Source of the DNA: Raillietiella orientalis
Lineage: Eukaryota
Assembly (NCBI GenBank): GCA_036172245.1
Contig: JAYWIR010000038.1
Location: 62,001 to 126,000, forward strand
DNA: 64,000 bases
Direction: 5' to 3'
Shown here: one piece after another, positions 63,171 to 64,000 of the stretch
Layout: the number at the start of each line of letters is the position of its first letter
How positions within the stretch are numbered: position 1 is the first letter of the stretch
Notes under the pieces: model-generated
The model's input: only the letters and a program-made list of their open reading frames with translations
What the model was told of the DNA's origin: nothing
The model's database searches: none
Program-made: the position numbers and the translations under genes

Positions 63171-64000
63171 GTTAGTATTAAGTGCATCTGTTTTTCTGTT
63201 TTCAGAATTTCACTTTAATCATATAGAGTTGCCAGGAACATTGTTTCTCAGAAAGAAAGAAAATGAAATGAAACACCCAATGCATGTATGTCAGTGTGGT
63301 ATTTTTTGATTTTGTAGTCACTGAACCAAAAAACATAAGACAGTGGTTTCATGAAAGATATGTCAGCATTTTGTGAGTAGTCTATTGAATATAAACCAAA
63401 ACCATTTAATGGCAATTGCGAAAAAGAAAGGATAGAAGCAAAATTACAATTCTTCTGAAAAAAAAACTTGCTTTTCAATACACAAGGATCACCTTTAAAT
63501 TCGCAAACGCATTCAGTTTGTTTGGCAAAATGCTGTTATTCTTTCATGAAAGTTCTCTGTGATCTCATGCTCATGGAGTCATCAGGTTCTAAATTTTGTT
63601 TGTTCTAGGTGGTTTCTTGTAGGGAAACATGTATGATCCTTGAAATATTCAGATTTTTTTCCTTTTTTTAAATTTGGATTCGTAGGATTAATTTTTGAAT
63701 TGAATTGGTTGTCCCGTATCTTTTTATTCCATAAATATATCTAACTGGGGAATTTTTCAATATAATCAAGATTTCTGTAATTGCGAAACTATTCGCTTCA
63801 AACTCGTAATTTTTGTTATTATTTGCCAACATGCTTCAGACTTTGTGCATTACAAAGTTTCAAAATCCTTATTAACTGTGGAAAATTACAATTATAATAC
63901 CCACAAGGAGTGCTCATAAGATCAGTCCAAATGTTAGAAAGCACTATGAATTTTTCAAATTCTTTTGTTTTTTGAGTAACCAAATACTCACGTATTCCTG

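Noticed and set aside
1..64000. CRISPR array, bacterial operon or defence system, rRNA, intact transposase or RT
   Set aside because: No regularly spaced repeats, no intronless operon-like ORF runs and no rRNA signature. All recognisable genes are spliced animal genes and all TE remnants are broken.

Overview
This is eukaryotic (invertebrate animal, most likely arthropod-like) genomic DNA in two very different compartments. (1) About 1-35 kb is GC- and CpG-rich and full of homopolymer runs. It holds the first five coding exons of a neuron navigator/unc-53/sickie gene on the minus strand (CH domain plus a polyQ/H exon; the rest of the gene lies off the left edge). Its huge introns carry badly decayed LINE reverse-transcriptase fragments. 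A nested transposon graveyard follows at about 26-35 kb: an L1/Tx1-like LINE plus a Ty3/Gypsy pol with an internally repeated RT/RNase H segment. (2) About 36-64 kb is a compact cluster of housekeeping genes: Sbf/MTMR13 (+), a divergent PIBF1 (+), TBCK (-), GID4 (+), CHMP6/Vps20 (-) and the start of Hikeshi (+). Most introns of the first four are only 41-56 nt, and more LINE fossils fill the spacers. I found no prokaryote-type system, CRISPR array, intact transposon or convincing ribozyme, and I cannot support a wholly new biological system here. The best leads are a probable 15-nt neural-type microexon in Sbf, the 41-42 nt introns, a shortened and diverged PIBF1, the sharp GC/CpG domain boundaries, and a possible self Pro/N-degron on GID4. 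Gene calls come from recognising protein motifs and splicing by hand. Transposon-fossil calls rest on degenerate motifs read across frameshifts and are tentative.
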